A DNA stretch of 64,000 bases from Malacoraja senta (Eukaryota): the NCBI GenBank assembly GCA_038087875.1, contig CM075992.1, forward strand, positions 8,000,001 through 8,064,000, given 5' to 3'. The stretch's first letter is position 1, and each line of letters opens with the position of its first letter. The position numbers and the translations under genes were made by a program. Below are positions 36,904 to 50,324 of this stretch, piece by piece. Below the pieces are notes generated by a model that worked only from the letters and a program-made list of their open reading frames with translations, made no database searches and had not been told where the DNA came from.

Positions 36904-38596
36904 CTGTAATGAAGGGAGTGCCCATTAATGGAGGCTGCCGTGTAGACACACACACACACGCAGTCAACCACCCACCCACCCACGCACTTGATATATAAAT
37001 ATATTGCACAACAAGAGCTCGATGGAAAACACTTCGGACAATGTTCGGGAACCAATAGCCTGGTTCAGAAAGGCATCTTAAGGAGTCCCTGCAGAGATCG
37101 ATGTGTAGTCTTAATGCACCCGGGAACGTGGTATTCCCCACAAATGGATGCAGGTGATAATTCACCAGAGTTACACAGAGGTTCATCAGTCACTGGAGCA
37201 GAATTAGACCATTAGGCAGAGTCTACTCCGCCATTCAATCATGGCTGATCCATCTTTCCCTCTCAAATATGGGGAGAAAGCAGGATTGGGGTCCTGATTT
37301 TGGATAAATTGTGTAAGAAAGAACTGCAGATGCTGGTTGAAATCGAAGGGAGACACAAAATGCTGGAGTAACTCAGCGGGACAGGCAGCATCTGTGGAGA
37401 GAAGGAATGGGCGACGTTTCAGACTGAAGAAGGGTCTCGACCCAAAATGTGGCCAATTCCTTCTCTCCATAGATGCTGCCTGTCCCGCTGAGTTACTCCA
37501 GCATTTTGTGTCTACCTACTGATTTTGGATGATCAGCCACGATCATGTTGAATAGCGGTGCTGGCTCGAAGGGCCAAATGGCCGACTCCAGCACCTATTT
37601 TCTATGCTTCGATGTTTCTAACCCCATTCTACTGCCTTCTCCCCGGACCGGGGAAAACAAGGTTGAATGCAAGGATAGCTTTCAGGGACATATGTGCGGA
37701 CGGAGATGGCTGGGATCTCCAAAGAGTAACGGGTGATTTAGTCGACTTTAGGCTGATTGAAGGATTTATAGATCGAAACAATTTAGTCCATTCAGTAAGA
37801 TTAGGACAAGAAGGAACATCAGAATGAGTCTACATGGTTTTGAAGCAGGAATAGGAATTATGTCTTTCACACAAGGAGTGGTGGTGGCTCTAACTCATCT
37901 CCAATACACCATTAAACCTTGAGGAGGGGGAGAGGGAGGGAGAGAGGCGGATGGGGACATCAATGTAGAGTTTCAAGACCAAATCGGACAGGTAAATGCA
38001 GTCGTGACAAAGCTAAGCCATTGTCATAGAGTCATAGAGTGATACAGTGCGGCCCAACTCGCCCACACCGGCCAACATGTCCCAGCTACACTAGTCCCAC
38101 CTGCCTGCGCCTGGTCCATATCCCTCCAAACCTGTCCTATCCATGTACCTGTCTAACTGTTTCTTAAACGATGGGATAGTCCCAGCATCAACTACCTCCT
38201 CTGGCAGCTTGTTCCAAACACCCACCACCCTCTGTGTGAAAAAGTTACCCCTCAGATTCCTATTAAATCTTTTCCCCTTCACCTTGAACCTATGTCCTCT
38301 GGTCCTCGATTCCCCTACTTTGGGTAAAAGACTCTGTGCATCTACCCGATCCAAAAGACACCTCTATAAGGCATGGATCAATTAACCAGTAGCAGAGGCT
38401 CCAGCAACTAAAAGTTACAAAATAGTGTTGACCGAATTTTCTTCAGGTCTAATCTGTAGGCTTCTGTAGAAGTGGATGGTGAGGCTTCATTACAATAGAC
38501 AATAGACAATAGGTGCTGGAGTAAGCCATTCGGCCCTTTGAGCCATTCAATGTGGTCATGGCTGATGTGACCATGGATTTCACATTACTTACTTAC

Positions 38597-38698
38597 GTTA
38601 TATTTCTGAAAGAAACTTAAATAGCGAATCACTCCAACCCAGACTAACAAAGTTGAGGTTCCCAGTAGAATACTGCACAGGTCATAGGATGCAAAATT
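38597..38698 (-). CDS. MCOLN1: Mucolipin-1 S4 exon (=human exon 10)
   Basis: [43 protein letters not shown]; 102 nt. Confidence 0.96.
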
Positions 38699-38853
38699 CT
38701 GAAAAACAAGCCAGAAGGGTTGGATTAACACAATGTAGATGAGATTAGTAGGGGAGGGGGGGGGGGGGGGGGGAGGGGAGAGTGAAACATTTTTTAAAAA
38801 CTGGCTCACAATTTTTAATCTTTACAATTCAGTCCATTCCTAACTTGGCCTAA

Positions 38854-39059
38854 AGGGCCTGTCCCACTTTCACGACCTCTGACGAGTTTGCCCTTGACTC
38901 ATACTCGCAGCATGGTCGTCACGAGGTCGGAGGTAGGTCGTAATGCTAGTCGTAGGTACTCGTGGCATCAAGTAGGTCGGGGTGCTTTTTCTAGCCTGAT
39001 GAAAAATGTCCACGAGTAAAAAAGGTCGTGAATTAGGTCGTGAAAGTGGGACAGGCCCT
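38854..39059. mobile_element. PIF/Harbinger-type MITE (same subfamily as 32176-32397)
   Basis: TIR AGGGCCTGTCCCACTTTCACGACC; left flank TAA. Confidence 0.8.
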
Positions 39060-39674
39060 AAACAGTATACGGTGTAAGCGGAAATCTATATTTTTACACT
39101 ACAATCATTGCACTCTTGGACTCGGGTATGATATTGCTGGATTGATATTATGTTAAAATGTTCTTTGTGTGTTATTTTGCTTTTAATTGGTACGACTGTG
39201 TGGCAAGTCAAATTCCTCGTATGTTACAAAACTTACTTGGCTAATAAAGTTTGATTATGATTATTATGATTATCCAAACAGATCGCATAATACTATACAA
39301 AAATACACCTGTCAAACTCCAGTACAATAGGTAGAGCAAAGGGGAAGATACAGAGTGCAGAATATAGTTCTCAGCATTGGTAGCGCATCAGTTCCACTGA
39401 CAAAGTCCAATGTCCGCAATGGGGTAGAGGTGAATGGGACAGCACCCTAGCTTATGGAAGGACCGTTCAGAAGCCTGATAACAGAGGGGAAGAAGCTGTT
39501 CCTGAGTCTGGTGGTGCCGCTGTCAAGCTTCTGTATCTTCTGTCCGATGGGAGCGGGGAGAAGAAGGAATGACCAGGGTGGGACAAGCCTGATTATACGG
39601 ACTGCTTTTCCAAGGCATCATGTGGTGTAGATGGAGTCAATGGTGCCGAGTCTGGTCTGTGTGATGGACTGGGT

Positions 39675-40155
39675 TACAATAGACAATCGGCGCAGGAGTA
39701 GGCCATTCGGCCCTTCGAGCCAGCACCGCCATTCAATGTGATCATGGCTGATCATCCACAATCAGTACCTCGTTCCTGCCTTGTCCCCATATCCCCTGAC
39801 TCCGCTACCTTTAAAAGCTCCTATCTAACTCTCTCTTGAAAGCATCCAGAGAACCGGCCTCCACCGCCCTCTGAGGCAGAGAATTCCACAGACTCACAAC
39901 TCTCTGTGAGAAAAAGTTTGTCCTCATCTCCGTTCTAAATGGCTTACTCCTTATTCATAAACTGTGGCCCCTGGTTCTGGACTCCTCCAACATCAGGAAC
40001 ATGTTTCCTGCCTCCAGCGTGTCCAAACCCTGAATAATCTTATATGTTTCAATAAGATCCCCTCTCATCCTTCTAAACTCCAGAGTATACAAGCCCAGCC
40101 GCTCCATTCTATCAACATATGACAGTCCCGCCATCCCGGGAGTGAACCTACGCTA
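39675..40155 (-). mobile_element. CR1 3' fragment inside a Rex1/Babar-like remnant
   Basis: Reverse complement of the CR1 3' end seen throughout the window. Confidence 0.8.
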
Positions 40156-40997
40156 CACTACATCTACAACTCTCTGCGATTCCTTGCGATCTTAGGCAGA
40201 GCTGTTACCAAACCAAGTTGGTTTGGACAGACGTGAGAAGCAAGAACGGCAGGAGAGGGATCGGGGTCTGGTCTTCCGCGCCCTCGAGGCTGGCTGCGGG
40301 AGACCCTCCGGGGCACAAAGGTGGTTGGTGAGGAGAGGGACGTCGGTTCACCGGACGATCCAGTCATCCAAAGGCGGTGACGGCTGGAGGCCCTGCAGCA
40401 GCCTGGGGCTCGCCTGGATCGGGTGCCGCTCACAAGACCTCGAGCGCGGACTGGACTTTGAAAATGGCGCCAAAACATGGCACCCCTTGCATGCGATCTC
40501 AGTGGACTACTTCTGTACACTTTACTAAATCGGGGATCGTGCTTGGCCATGGCAATACTCAAGATTCAAGAGATTCAAGAGAGTTTATTGTCATGTGTCC
40601 CAGATAGGACAATGAAATTCTTGCTTTGCTTCAGCACAACAGATACTCTACTGAACCCTTAACAAACTTATATGTTTCAATGAGATTCCCTCTCATCCTT
40701 CTAAACTCCAGAGTGTACAAGCCCAGCTGCTCCATTCTCTCAGCATTCTACATACTTACCACGAGTTGGATTATTTTTTAATAAACTCGGGAGAGCTCTT
40801 GGGTAAACTCGCATCGTGGGACAGGGGCTTTACTCCAGCATGTTGTGTCTGTCTTCAGTCCCGGGGGGGGGGGGGGGGGACGGACATCTTCCTCAGAATC
40901 CAAATCTCTGAGCGGGGTTTTGTTGACAGTCTTTGCCACACTGAACGCAAACAGGAGATCAGTAACCTGCAGTGTGAAGCGGCACAACGTCACGTAC

Positions 40998-41147
40998 CTT
41001 GGACTCGATTCCTATCTTCATGACCGTGCCCAGGAAGGTGAAGACGTCGCTGACTATCAGCAGCACGTACCAGCCATTGACAAACTCCATGCGCGTGGCA
41101 TACGACACGTTCCTCTTGTGCTTCTGGACGAAGAACTTCCCAAATTC
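40998..41147 (-). CDS. MCOLN1: Mucolipin-1 S3 exon (=human exon 9)
   Basis: EFGKFFVQKHKRNVSYATRMEFVNGWYVLLIVSDVFTFLGTVMKIGIESK; CAG/GTACGT; 150 nt. Confidence 0.96.
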
Positions 41148-41310
41148 CTGCAGAAAGAGGAAGAGGTTCACTGAACACTTCAAGATCCACAGTTTTAAAT
41201 CACTTCACAGCTGCACATTGTCAATCTACGGTGATAGAGGCCAGAACCGTGCTGCATGGCAAATGGCCCCTCAGCTCCATTTGCCCATGCTGACCAGAAC
41301 GCCCATCTAA

Positions 41311-42026
41311 GTTTGGACACGCTAGAGGCAGGAAACATGCTCCCGATGTTGGGGGAGTCCAGAACCCGGGGCCGCAGTTTAAGAATAAGGGGTAAGCCAT
41401 TTAGAACGGAGATGAGGAAACACTTTTTTCACACAGAGTTGCAAGTCTGTGGAATTCTCTGCCTCAGGGGGCGGTGGAGGCCGGTTCTCTGGATACTTTC
41501 AAGAGAGAGCTAGATAGGGCTCTTAAAGATAGCGGAGTCAGGGGATAAGGGGAGAAGGCAGGAACGGGGTACTGATTGGGGATGATCAGCCATGATCACA
41601 TTGAATGGCGGTGCCGGCTCGAAGTGCCGAATGGCCTACTCCTGCACCTATTGTCTATTGTCTATTGTCATCCAGTATTTTGTTCTCAGCTCAAGATTCA
41701 AGCGGTTGCAGTTTCTCACGTCTCTTTAGACTTTAAAGATACAGCATGGAAACAGGCCCTTTGGCCGATCGAGTCCGTGCCGACCAGCGATCACCCCGTA
41801 CAGTAACACTATCCTTCACACACTGGGGATCATTTTACAATGTTATCAAAGCCAATTAACCTGCAAACCTGCACGTCACAGGGAGTGCGGGAGGAAACCG
41901 GAGCAACCGAAGGAAACGTGCACGGTCACAGGGAGAACGTGCACACTCCGTACAGACAGCACCCGTAGTCAGGATGGAACCTGGGTGTCTGGCGCTGTGA
42001 GGCAGCAACTCTACCGCCACGCCGCC
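41311..42026. mobile_element. CR1 3' end (+, 41311-41670) and HE1/V-SINE (-, 41727-42026)
   Basis: Similarity to other copies in the window. Confidence 0.8.
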
Positions 42027-42263
42027 AGTCCGCCTCTTGGTCTATCGCCCCCAGTTTGAGATTTCACTCATTTTCTTAATGAGTGGGTCGGGTAACATTT
42101 GCTGCCGTCTAGTCTGTGGGAATCACTCTAGGATGCAGGGAACTTTGAACGTTGTCTATCCAGCCCCTCCCCACAGCCACCTCTTCCCAGACCCCTGCCA
42201 CGCCGGTCAGCAGCTTCCTTCTATTGCCCTGGATGGTGGCTTCAGCAGGACCAGTGTACTCAC

Positions 42264-42373
42264 ATGTTGCAGCATGATACCTTGGATGATGGATCTCACG
42301 CACAGGATGAACGATAGCCCACACAATAGAATGATGCAAGTGTCAAACGTCAGGAGGCCAGCCTCATTCCTAC
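42264..42373 (-). CDS. MCOLN1: Mucolipin-1 S2 exon (=human exon 8)
   Basis: (G)RNEAGLLTFDTCIILLCGLSFILCVRSIIQGIMLQH; CAG/GTGAGT; 110 nt, phase 1 to 0. Confidence 0.95.
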
Positions 42374-42386
42374 CTGTAATTGGATT

Positions 42387-43012
42387 GGGGGGGGAGGGGA
42401 GAGGGAGCAGGAGAGGGGGGAGAGGAGAGGAGGGAGAGGGAGGGAGAGGGAGAGGGAGGGGGAGGGAGAGAGGGAGGGAGGGAGAGGGAGGGGGAGGGGG
42501 GAGGGAGAGAGAGAGAGAGAGGAGGGAGGGAGGGAGGGAGGGAGGGAGGGGAGGGGGAAAGGAGAGGGGGAGGGGAGGGGGAGGGGAGGGAGGGAGAGGG
42601 AGGAGGGGAGGGGGAGAGGGGAAGGGAAGATGGAAGAGGGAAGAGGGAAGAGGGAAGAGGGAAGAGGGAAGCGGGAAGCGGGAAGCCGGGAAGCGGGAAG
42701 CGGGAAGCGGGAAGGGGGAGAGGAGGGGGGAGAGGAGGGGGGAGAGGAGGGGGAGAGGAGGGGGAGAGGAGGGGGGAGAGGGGGGAGAGGAGGGGGGAGA
42801 GGAGGGGGGAGAAGAGAGGGGGAGAGGAGGGGGGAGAGGAGGGAGAGGAGGGGGAGAAGAGGGGGGAGAGGAGGGGGGAGAGGAGGGGGAGAGGAGGGGG
42901 GAGAGGAGGGGGGAGAGGAGGGGGGAGAAGAGGGGGAGAAGAGGGGGGAGAGGAGGCGGGGAGAGGAGGCGGGGAGAGGAGGGGGGAGAAGGGGGAGGGA
43001 GGGAGGGAGAGA
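42387..43012. repeat. ~625-bp polypurine/polypyrimidine tract
   Basis: G/A-only apart from a few C/T; GGAGGGGGGAGA and GGGAAGC sub-repeats. Confidence 0.95.
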
Positions 43013-43249
43013 ATACACCTTCAATTAAAAAAGGAGTAAACACTCAAACGTCACAAACAGAAATGAATGGGAGCTTGCAGCATCTCAGCATTTCTACCAG
43101 GCCAAGCTTCAGAAGTTGTTCATGTAGAGTGAAAGGAACAAAAAGCTGGAGTAACTCAGCGGGGCAGGCATCATCTCTGGACAGAAGGAATGGGTGACGT
43201 CTTTGGTCAAGACCCTTCTTCAGACGTTCAATGAGTAGAGAACTTATTC

Positions 43250-43762
43250 ATTGAAAGAATGAATGAATAGGTTTATTGGCCAAGTATTCACATACAAGGA
43301 ATTAGCCTTGGTGCTCCGCTCACAAGTGACAACACGACATACAGTAAACCATTAAGAATAAAACATAACACATTAAGAATAAAACATTAGAGTTTAAACA
43401 TGTGAATGAAATAAAATACCAGATCAAAGGGAGGCTACAGATTTTTGGCTGTTGAGTAGAGCTACTACTCGTGGATAAAAAATGTTTTTATATCTGGCTG
43501 TGGTAGCTTTGACAGTCCGGAGTCTCCTTCCACAGGGAAGTGATTCAAAGTTTGTGGCGAGGGTGAGAGGGGTCAGAGATGATCTTGCCCGCTCGCTTCC
43601 TGGCCCTTGCAGTGTACAGTTCATCAATGGAGGGAAGGTTGCAGCCAATAACCTTCTCAGCTGATCGGACGATTCGCTGCAGCCTCCAGATGTCGTGCTT
43701 GGTGGCTGAGCCAAACCAGACCATGATGGAGAAGGTGAGGACAGACTCTACGATGGCAGTAA
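43250..43762 (-). mobile_element. Rex1/Babar-like LINE 3' fragment
   Basis: AIVESVLTFSIMVWFG..LQRIVRSAEKVIG..DPSHP..LPCGRR; (CATT)n tail; related copy at ~59480-60325. Confidence 0.8.
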
Positions 43763-45510
43763 GGTCTGAAGAAGAGTCTCGACCCAAAGCATCGCCTATC
43801 CGTGTCCTCCAGAGATACTGCCTGATCTGCTGGGTTATTTCAGCACTGTATGCTTGCTTTGGTAAGCTGGTATTTGCAGTCCCTTGTTTCCAAGTAGGAG
43901 TCGGTCTTTTGACCGACGAGACTCCGCCACTGCTGAACGTGACCCATGGTCAATTGGCCACCACAATCTCACACTTCCACGACCTCTCCAAATCATGTCT
44001 TTGCTTGTAAATGGGGCGGCACGGTGGCGCAGCGGTAGAGCTGCTGCCTCACAGCGCCAGAGACACGGTGTTCAACCCAGGAGACAGCTGCTGTCTTTAC
44101 GGAGGTCGCATGTTCTCCCTCAGACAACGTGGGCTTTCTCCGGGTGATACGGTTTCTCCCCCACACTCCAAAGAGGTGCAGTTTGTAGGTTAATTGGCTT
44201 TGGTAAAATTGTAAATTGTCCCTCGTGCGTGTAGGATGGTGGCAGTGTACACAGGGTGATTGCTTCAAAGAGCTTGTGGCCAGGGTGAGAGGGGTCAGAG
44301 ATAATCTTACCCGCTCGCTTCCTGGCCCTTGCAGTGTACAGTTCGTCAATTGGGGGGGAAGGTTGCAGCCAATAGTGTACACAGGGTCGGTGCGGACTCA
44401 GTGGGCCGAAGGGACTATTTCCACGCTGTATCTCTAAACTATGACTACCATTTCCAGTTTAGAGAAGTTGATTACAGAGATGTTTAGTTTGGAGATACAG
44501 CGCAGAAACAGGCCCTTCGGCCCACCGGTTCCGTGCTGACCAGCGATCCCCGCACATTAACACTATCCTACACACCCACCAGGGACAATTTTTACATTTC
44601 CCAAGCCAATTAACCTACAAACCTGTACGTCTTTGGAGTGTGGGAGGAAACCAAAGATCTCGGAGAAAACCCATGCAGATCCAGGGGCCACAGTTTAAGA
44701 ATAAGGGGGAAGGCATTTAGAATGGAGACGAGGAAACATTTTTTCCTCACAGAGAGGGTGAGTCTGTGGAAATCTCTGCGTCAGAGGGCGGTGGAGGCAG
44801 GTTCTCTGGATGCTTTCAAGAGAGAGCTAGATAGGGCTCTTAAAAATAGCGGAGTTAGGGGATATGGGGAGAAGGCAGGAATGGGGTACTGATTCAGAAA
44901 ACTTTATTGTCTGTCGTAACAGAAAATCTTCTTTGGCGTGGCTCAACATACAAACAGGACAATGTACTGATAAGCAGTCATACAACACAGATTTCTGCGA
45001 GCACACACCGTGTGTATAGATCTTAAAAGCAAGTATAAGGATTAAAACTGTAAAAATAGACAAGATGAAAGTTGTGGATACGTGTAAAGTGACAGTGCGT
45101 CAGGGTTAATTTGTCCATTGTTCATTTTTTATTTAAGCTGTTTATGGCAATGGGTATGAATGAGTTTTTGTGGATGTTTTTCTTAGATAGGGGGACTTTA
45201 TATCGGCGGCCTGATGGCAGAAGTTGGAAGGACTTGTGCAGGGGGTGGGTGGGATCCTGTGTAATGAGGTTGGCTTTCCTTTGGGGATGAAAGGCCATGA
45301 TCACATTGAATGGCTCGAAGGGCCAAACGGCCTACTCCTGCACCTATTGTCTATTGTGTATTGATCGCGAGGAGAAGGTAGAAACTCTGTACAGACAGCA
45401 CCCGTAGTCGGGATGGGACCCGGGTCTCCGGCACTGCACTCACTGTAAGGCAGCAACTCTACCGCTGCGCCACCACCGTGGCCACACAAAGGTCTATAGG
45501 GTAAGCTCAC

Positions 45511-45610
45511 CGTATCCATAAACACTGGGCTCAGCACACTCATTGATGAACACTTTGTTATCCAGACTGATCTTTATCCGGCCACTGTGGGCCTTGTTGT
45601 CAAACAGGAT
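45511..45610 (-). CDS. MCOLN1: Mucolipin-1 luminal-domain exon (=human exon 7)
   Basis: ILFDNKAHSGRIKISLDNKVFINECAEPSVYGY; CAG/GTGAGC; 100 nt. Confidence 0.96.
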
Positions 45611-46745
45611 CTGGAAAGAAATGGAAACCACAGTCACATTTCCTCCAGTTGCTCCACGCACACATCTGCAGAACACCTGCTCTTCCGGCTGGGAATATAA
45701 ATCCCCGCTTCCCAAAGCTCATGCTCACCCAAGGAATCCAAACAATTTAAACCAGAAGGTAGACAAAAGTGCTGGAGAAACTCAGCGGGTCAGGCAGCAT
45801 CTACGGAGCGAAGGAAATAGGCAATGTTTCGAGTCGAAACCCTTCTTCCGACTGATGTGAGGTGGGGGGGGGGGGGGGGGGGGGAAGAAGAAAGGAAGAG
45901 GTGGAGCTAGTGGGCTGAGGGAGAGCTGAGAAGGGGAGGAGAAAGTAAGGACTAAAACCAGAAGATGGCTTTGCAGCCAAGCCCGTGACAGCCTGGATAA
46001 CACACAACAAAAAGCTTCTCACGATACCGCTGTGCATGTGACAATAAACCATTTCCCACACACTTCCTACCGGGAGATGGAGGACTAGCTTGGATCACAA
46101 AGAGATGGTATGGGGTTACTCTTTTACCCAGAGTAGGGGAATCAAGAATTTTTGTTTTTGTATTCAATTTATTGTCATTATCTCATAAGAGACAACGAAA
46201 TGGATTTTCCTTACAGTCATGTATCATAAAAAAAATAATAAATCAATAAAAAAATAAAAAATAAAAAAGCACAAACACAGAAGTCCACGACACAACATAA
46301 CCCCACAGCGGCACCAAAGTGAAGGAAGGTACCATAGTCCAGCCAGCCTCCCCGCCGATCTTCCCAGATGTTCACCCGTAGTCGGGGCCTCCCGAGCACC
46401 CGCAGTCGCCACCACGGGCGGCCTGATGTTCAGGCCCTCACGGCCGGGAATGATGGAACCCCGACGGAGAACATCCTCAGCGGCCCGGACCTCCAAATCA
46501 GCCACCTCCCACCGGAGGACATGGGTTGAAGATGAGGGTGGGGGGGGGGGGGGGAAGAGATTTAATCGGATTTAATGTTCCCGATGTTGGGGAAGTCCAG
46601 AACCAGGGGCCAAAGTTTAAGAAAAAGGGGTAAGTACATTTAGGACGGAGATGAGGAAACACTTTTTCCACACAGAAAGTTGTGAGTGTGGAATTATATA
46701 CTGGAATTTAGAAGGATAAGAGGGGATCTTATTGAAACCTATAAG

Positions 46746-47788
46746 TAGGTATGTTACAAAACTTACCTTCAGTCGCGCTGTAATTCTGCCACTGGCCGTG
46801 TGCGCGATTTTGGTGCCTTTAAGGGGGGGGCGGGGTTAAAACGCGGTTTCTCCTCCCTTGTCCTGGAAATATTTTGTTGGAGTACAAACCTTCGCTGACA
46901 AAATCGTTCCTACCGGCGTTTTGTGAATTTTTTATTTTTATTAAATCGTCAATGTCAGCGCTACAGTCATTTTAAAAGCAGCTCCTGAAGCGTCAACGCC
47001 GATAACGGGGATGGATTTCACACACGGGACAGGTAAACGAAAGTGCTTTCTTTAAATGTATAAAAGTGCTTCTTAAGAAGCCTTTAAATTCACATTTTGT
47101 CATGCGACACGGTGATTTTATTCCCCGAATTAACGGCAGTATTTTTCATGCCAATACGGGGTTAAATTCACCGCAAATCAACGTTCCAAATGATCGCGTT
47201 CCAGCAAATCCTCACTCGCAAGATGAATTAAATCCCCATTAATTTACAGGTATTAAACATTCAATTCCTTCCATTTGGCCTGTAAATTCATGAAAATTAG
47301 ATTTAAAAATTATGTTATATTGTGAATTCTTGTGTGAATGTTATTTGGACACTTAGGCTATTTAAAAATGTTAATCTATTCTTAAGAAATTAATAGATGT
47401 TTAGATCTAGTAATTGAATTTTGTAATTAGCTACAATTAGGTAACTAACTAATTATATGCTTTACTTTCATGTCTTCGAAGTAAGATTGTTTCATATTTG
47501 TTTCAGAATGCTTCAATCTATAATACCTGAAAATTTCTTTCAGTTACCATAATTTTTAAGAAAGTTATGGGCTTTTAACTGTCCTCGATCACAGCTTTTG
47601 TGTTAAGTCAATGGAAAAGCAATAGGGAACTAGATGCTAATTTCTGAGTATGATAATGGCCATAACTTTTTTAATACTGAAGATATGAAAGTGAATTAAG
47701 TGTCAAATTAAACTTCTTTTTATGCTTTATCTGATGGGATAAATTGCAGACTTTATTTTTAAAATCTCAAAATTTTGTAACATTGCTA
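46746..47788. mobile_element. Non-autonomous DNA transposon (~1.04 kb) inserted in CR1
   Basis: Imperfect TIR TAG(GT/CA)ATGTTACAAAA; direct repeat CTATAAG at 46739-46745 and 47789-47795; CR1 sequence resumes after it. Confidence 0.8.
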
Positions 47789-49694
47789 CTATAAGATTAT
47801 TAAGGGTTTGGACAAGCTAGAGACAGGATGTTCCTGATGTTGGGGGAGTCCAGAACCAGGGGCCACAGTTTATGAAAAAGGGGTAAGCACATTTAGGACG
47901 GAGATGAAGAAACACTTTTTTACACTGAGAGTTGTGAGTCTGTGGAATTCTCTGCCTCAGAGGGCGGTGGAGGCTGGTTCTCTGGATACTTTCAAGAGAG
48001 AGCTAGATAGGGCTCTTAAAGATAGCGGAGTCAGGGGATATGGGGTGAAGGCAGGAACGGGGTACTGATTGGGGATGATCAGCCATGATCACATTGAATG
48101 GCGGTGCTGGCTCGAAGGGCCAAATGTACCTATAGTCTATTGAACCTAAGGGGCAATGTTTTCATACTGAGGGTGGTGCGTATATGGAACAAGTTGCCAG
48201 AAGTGATAGTTGAGGCAAGTACTATTACAACATTTAAAAGACACTTGGACAGGTACATGGATAGGAAAGGTTTAGAGGGGTATGGGCCAAACACAGGCAG
48301 GTGGGACTAGTATAGATGGGGCATCTTGGTCGGCATGGGCAAGTTGGGCCGAAGGGCCTGTGCGATGTTGACTCAGTTTGTGCCAGCTGATAACATACAG
48401 GGCTGGATTACGACGCTCAGCCAGCGATTTGATTTGCAAATCCAAGCCCAGTTCCATATTCTTTATCTTGCACTTGTCATTCATGACATTCCCTTTATCA
48501 CGGTGGATGGCTATATCGTAATCATGCATTATTTTCCACTGACTGGATAGCACGCAACAAAAGCTTTTCACTGCACCTCGGTACACACGACAATAAACTA
48601 ATGAAGCAGCTCGGTACTCGTGACTATAAACAAAGACTAATAGCTGTCCACCAAACTGCAGGAGAGACAATGGCAACTCGCTATGAAAAGCCACTCAGCT
48701 TTTGTCAAAGGCGTTTGTCCCTTAACAAAGAACCAGAGGGAATGCGGCCACAGAAAGGCAGCACGTACATTGGGAAGGACCTGAAATGAATAAAGGACTG
48801 CCAGCACACTAACACCTGAAGAATGGTCTCGACCCGAAACGTCACCCATTCCTTCTCTCCAGAGAAGGGCATCAGTCTGAAGAAGGGTTTCGGCCCGAAA
48901 CGTTGCCTATTTCCTTCGCTCCATAGATGCTGCCGCACCCGCTGAGTTTCTCCAGCATTTTTGTATACCTTCTCTCCAGAGATGCTGCCTGTCCCACTGT
49001 TACTCCGGCCTTTGCATCTGCAGTTACTTCCCATGCATCACAGCTACAGAGTCCATTGCCATATCGTCCCTTCAGTTGGCAGTAAGCCACATTTGCACCC
49101 CACTGCCAGGATGAAGGTGCTTCCACAGCCACAACACTGGGACCCTCAGGATCCACAACCCTGAAGCCTTTACAAACCACCAAGCCTGGCTGGTATGCAG
49201 CGCAGGCCTGTGGGGGCTGGGAGATTGGGCGATGCCAAGAGAAGCCGTATCTGTGCTGAGCATAGGGGCGGGGGTGCCCATGTGGTGTGGGCCATGCCAG
49301 AGGGAGTCGTTGTGGAGCGGTGTGGCAGGGAGGGGCGCTCGTGTGCAGCAGGGCTGTGCCCTTACAGAGCTGATGGTGCTGCGGGGAGTGTGGACCAGGG
49401 TGGTCCAGGTTTAGTTTATAGTCACGTGCACCGAGGTACAGGGAAAAGCTTTTGCCGTGTGCTAACCAGTCAGCGGAAAGACGATACATGATTACAATCG
49501 AGTCCTTTACAGTGACAGATACATGATAAAGGGAATAACATTTAGTGCAAGATAAAGTCCAGTAAAGTCTGATTAAAGATAGTTTGAGGGTCTCCAATGA
49601 GGAAGTGGCAGTTTAGGACAGACCACTCTCTAGTTGGTGATAGGAAAACGCACACCTCCAGATTCGGGACAGTTTCTTCCCAGCTGTTATCAGC

Positions 49695-50063
49695 CTATAA
49701 GCTGGGAAGAAACTGCCCCTGAATCTGGAGGTGTGCGTTTGTTTTCACACTTCTGTACCTCTTGCCTGATGGGAGAGCGGAGAAGAGGGAGTGACTGGGA
49801 TGTGACTGGCCCTTGATTGTGCTGCTGGCCTTGCCGAGGCAGCGTGAGGTGCAGATGGAGTCAATGGAAGGGAGGTTGGGTTGTGTGATGGTCTGGGCTG
49901 CGTCCACAACCTCACTGCAGTTTCTCGCTGTTGTGGATGGAGCCGTTACCAAACCGTGTTGTGGTGCACCCCGATAAAATGCTTTCCATGACCCATCTGT
50001 AAAGTTGGTGAGAGTCGGCGGGGACAGGCCGAACTCATGAAGCCTTCTAAGCTGCCGTGCCAC
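49695..50063 (-). mobile_element. Rex1/Babar-like LINE fragment
   Basis: LRRLHEFGLSP..LPSIDSI..SHPSHSLFSALPSGKRYRS. Confidence 0.75.
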
Positions 50064-50324
50064 TGTGAAGGGGGAGAGAGGTCAGTGTGGAGTGGGGGGG
50101 AAGAGGTGCCAAGAGTCGTGTGGACTGGGAGGGGAGAGAGAGAAAGAGAGGAGTCAACGGGGAGCAGGGGGTAGAGCCTGTGTGGAGCATTGTGGGAATT
50201 TTGGGCCTTGTGCATATTTACACCCGTGGACAAGCCTTCAGTTCAGGATCGCTTCCTTCATCATTGACCTGAAGTGAGAATACTGGGGCTTGCCACAGTT
50301 AGCACAAATAATGCTCAACATTAT

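Noticed and set aside
40215..40560. CpG-rich stretch with AAAATGGCG (YY1-like) as an internal promoter
   Set aside because: A similar motif recurs at ~15170 in repeat context; more likely part of a dispersed repeat, with no independent promoter evidence.
42037..43197. 386-aa and overlapping G/E/R- or P/S/L-rich ORFs
   Set aside because: Artefacts of the stop-free polypurine tract; only the 110-nt MCOLN1 exon inside is real.
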